A DNA stretch of 64,000 nucleotides, taken from Azolla caroliniana (lineage: Eukaryota; Plantae; Polypodiophyta). Numbering within the stretch: the first letter of the stretch is position 1; each line of letters opens with the position of its first letter. Of this stretch, positions 63,203 through 64,000 are shown one piece after another. The notes beneath the pieces were generated by a model that saw only the letters and a list, made by a program, of their open reading frames with translations, was not told the DNA's origin and did no database searches. Where the stretch lies: assembly GCA_043228905.1 (NCBI GenBank), contig JBHGNT010000007.1:6138001-6202000 (forward strand), written 5' to 3'. The translations under genes were made by a program, and so were the position numbers.

Positions 63203-63214
63203 CTGGTGCTATGC

Positions 63215-64000
63215 TGTCGTGTGGTTTTTCACACACAATATGAAAACTAGTAAAATAATTATTTAAGATTAGCTTAATGTATTCATATAGATAGGTGTCT
63301 TCAAGAGTTTCATAGCGTATTTTACTACGCATGAAACGGATAAACAAGTATCAAGCTATGTGAGTGTGAAGTTTGAAGAAGAAGAAAGAAAAGACAAAAT
63401 TGTGAGATATCCCATATAGATAGGACAACATTGGAACCCAGGAAATATAAGGGAAACCAAAACATATTCATTCTATCAATGTGTGGAACACAGAATGTTC
63501 AAGGTGACTTGGGCTACATTGTGTGGTGTGCACGCTTCGGGCGTACGTGCGTGTGCATGGCCGATTGGACGTTTTCGGACGTACGCACACATGGACGTCT
63601 TCGGATGTACGCGCGTGTGCAAGTTTCGAGCGTACACGTGGACGTTTCGGACAAACACGTATGGGTGGACACGCGTGCCGATGCGTGTGTGTGCACGCGC
63701 ACATGCGTGGATGCGTACACTACGGCGCGTTCGAGACTTTTTGCACACGGATGCGTACACGGTGCAGGTTGGACGCGCGCGCGCGTGGATGCGTACACTA
63801 CGGCGCGGTCGGGATGCGCGCATGCGTGGATGCGTACACTACTACGCGGTCGGGACTTTTGCGTGCGGACGCGTCTACGGTTTGGTTGCAATGCACGTAC
63901 GGATTGTGCACAGGCTAAACTTTATGGATGATTGTGTCATTTGGCCGAATTATACAGACAATCGCATGCAACCAAAAGCCAAGGCCATGCAACTAAAAGT
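63215..64000. mobile_element. Probable further LTR starting TGTCGTG, running off the right edge
   Basis: Abrupt change in composition at a TGTCGTG end like the other LTR termini; the other end is not visible. Confidence 0.5.
63530..63910. repeat. Degenerate tandem repeat rich in alternating purine-pyrimidine
   Basis: GCGTGGATGCGTACAC(TAC) units at ~63705, ~63783 and ~63824. Confidence 0.8.

Larger units (their letters stand above)
4720..63214 (-). mobile_element. Ty3/Gypsy non-chromovirus (Athila/Tat-like) host element Gypsy-H, fragmented by nested insertions
   Basis: Collinear minus-strand pieces: gag 63202-62792 and 31229-30017, PR/RT/RH 28388-25849, INT 9031-7600, extra ORF 7230-5282, PPT and 3' LTR 5232-4720. 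Reading frame is restored across two empty sites. 5' LTR not in the window. Confidence 0.82.

Overview
Eukaryotic, repeat-only window, probably from a non-seed land plant such as a moss (inferred from the element families; not provable here). I found no host gene. Almost everything from 4720 to 63214 lies inside one Athila/Tat-like Ty3/Gypsy element, broken up by several layers of nested insertions: Ty1/Copia elements, a tRNA-Trp-primed Gypsy family (three decayed coding copies, one gag-only derivative), solo LTRs, a SINE-like insert and a circularly permuted one-LTR insert. The standout is a 7.75-kb DNA transposon (42340-50087, 30-bp TIRs) with two divergent genes. One is a Sola1-like DDE transposase with a C-terminal BAH/Tudor-like domain. 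The other is a six-exon gene for a ParB-like domain fused to a prokaryote-type beta-class N6A/N4C DNA methyltransferase, with a palindrome array in intron 1. Both genes carry premature stops in this copy. The Trp-Gypsy family also shows a conserved GGAUUUU -1 frameshift site downstream of the protease and an apparent CpG-centred target site. All family assignments come from reading motifs by eye, with no database search.
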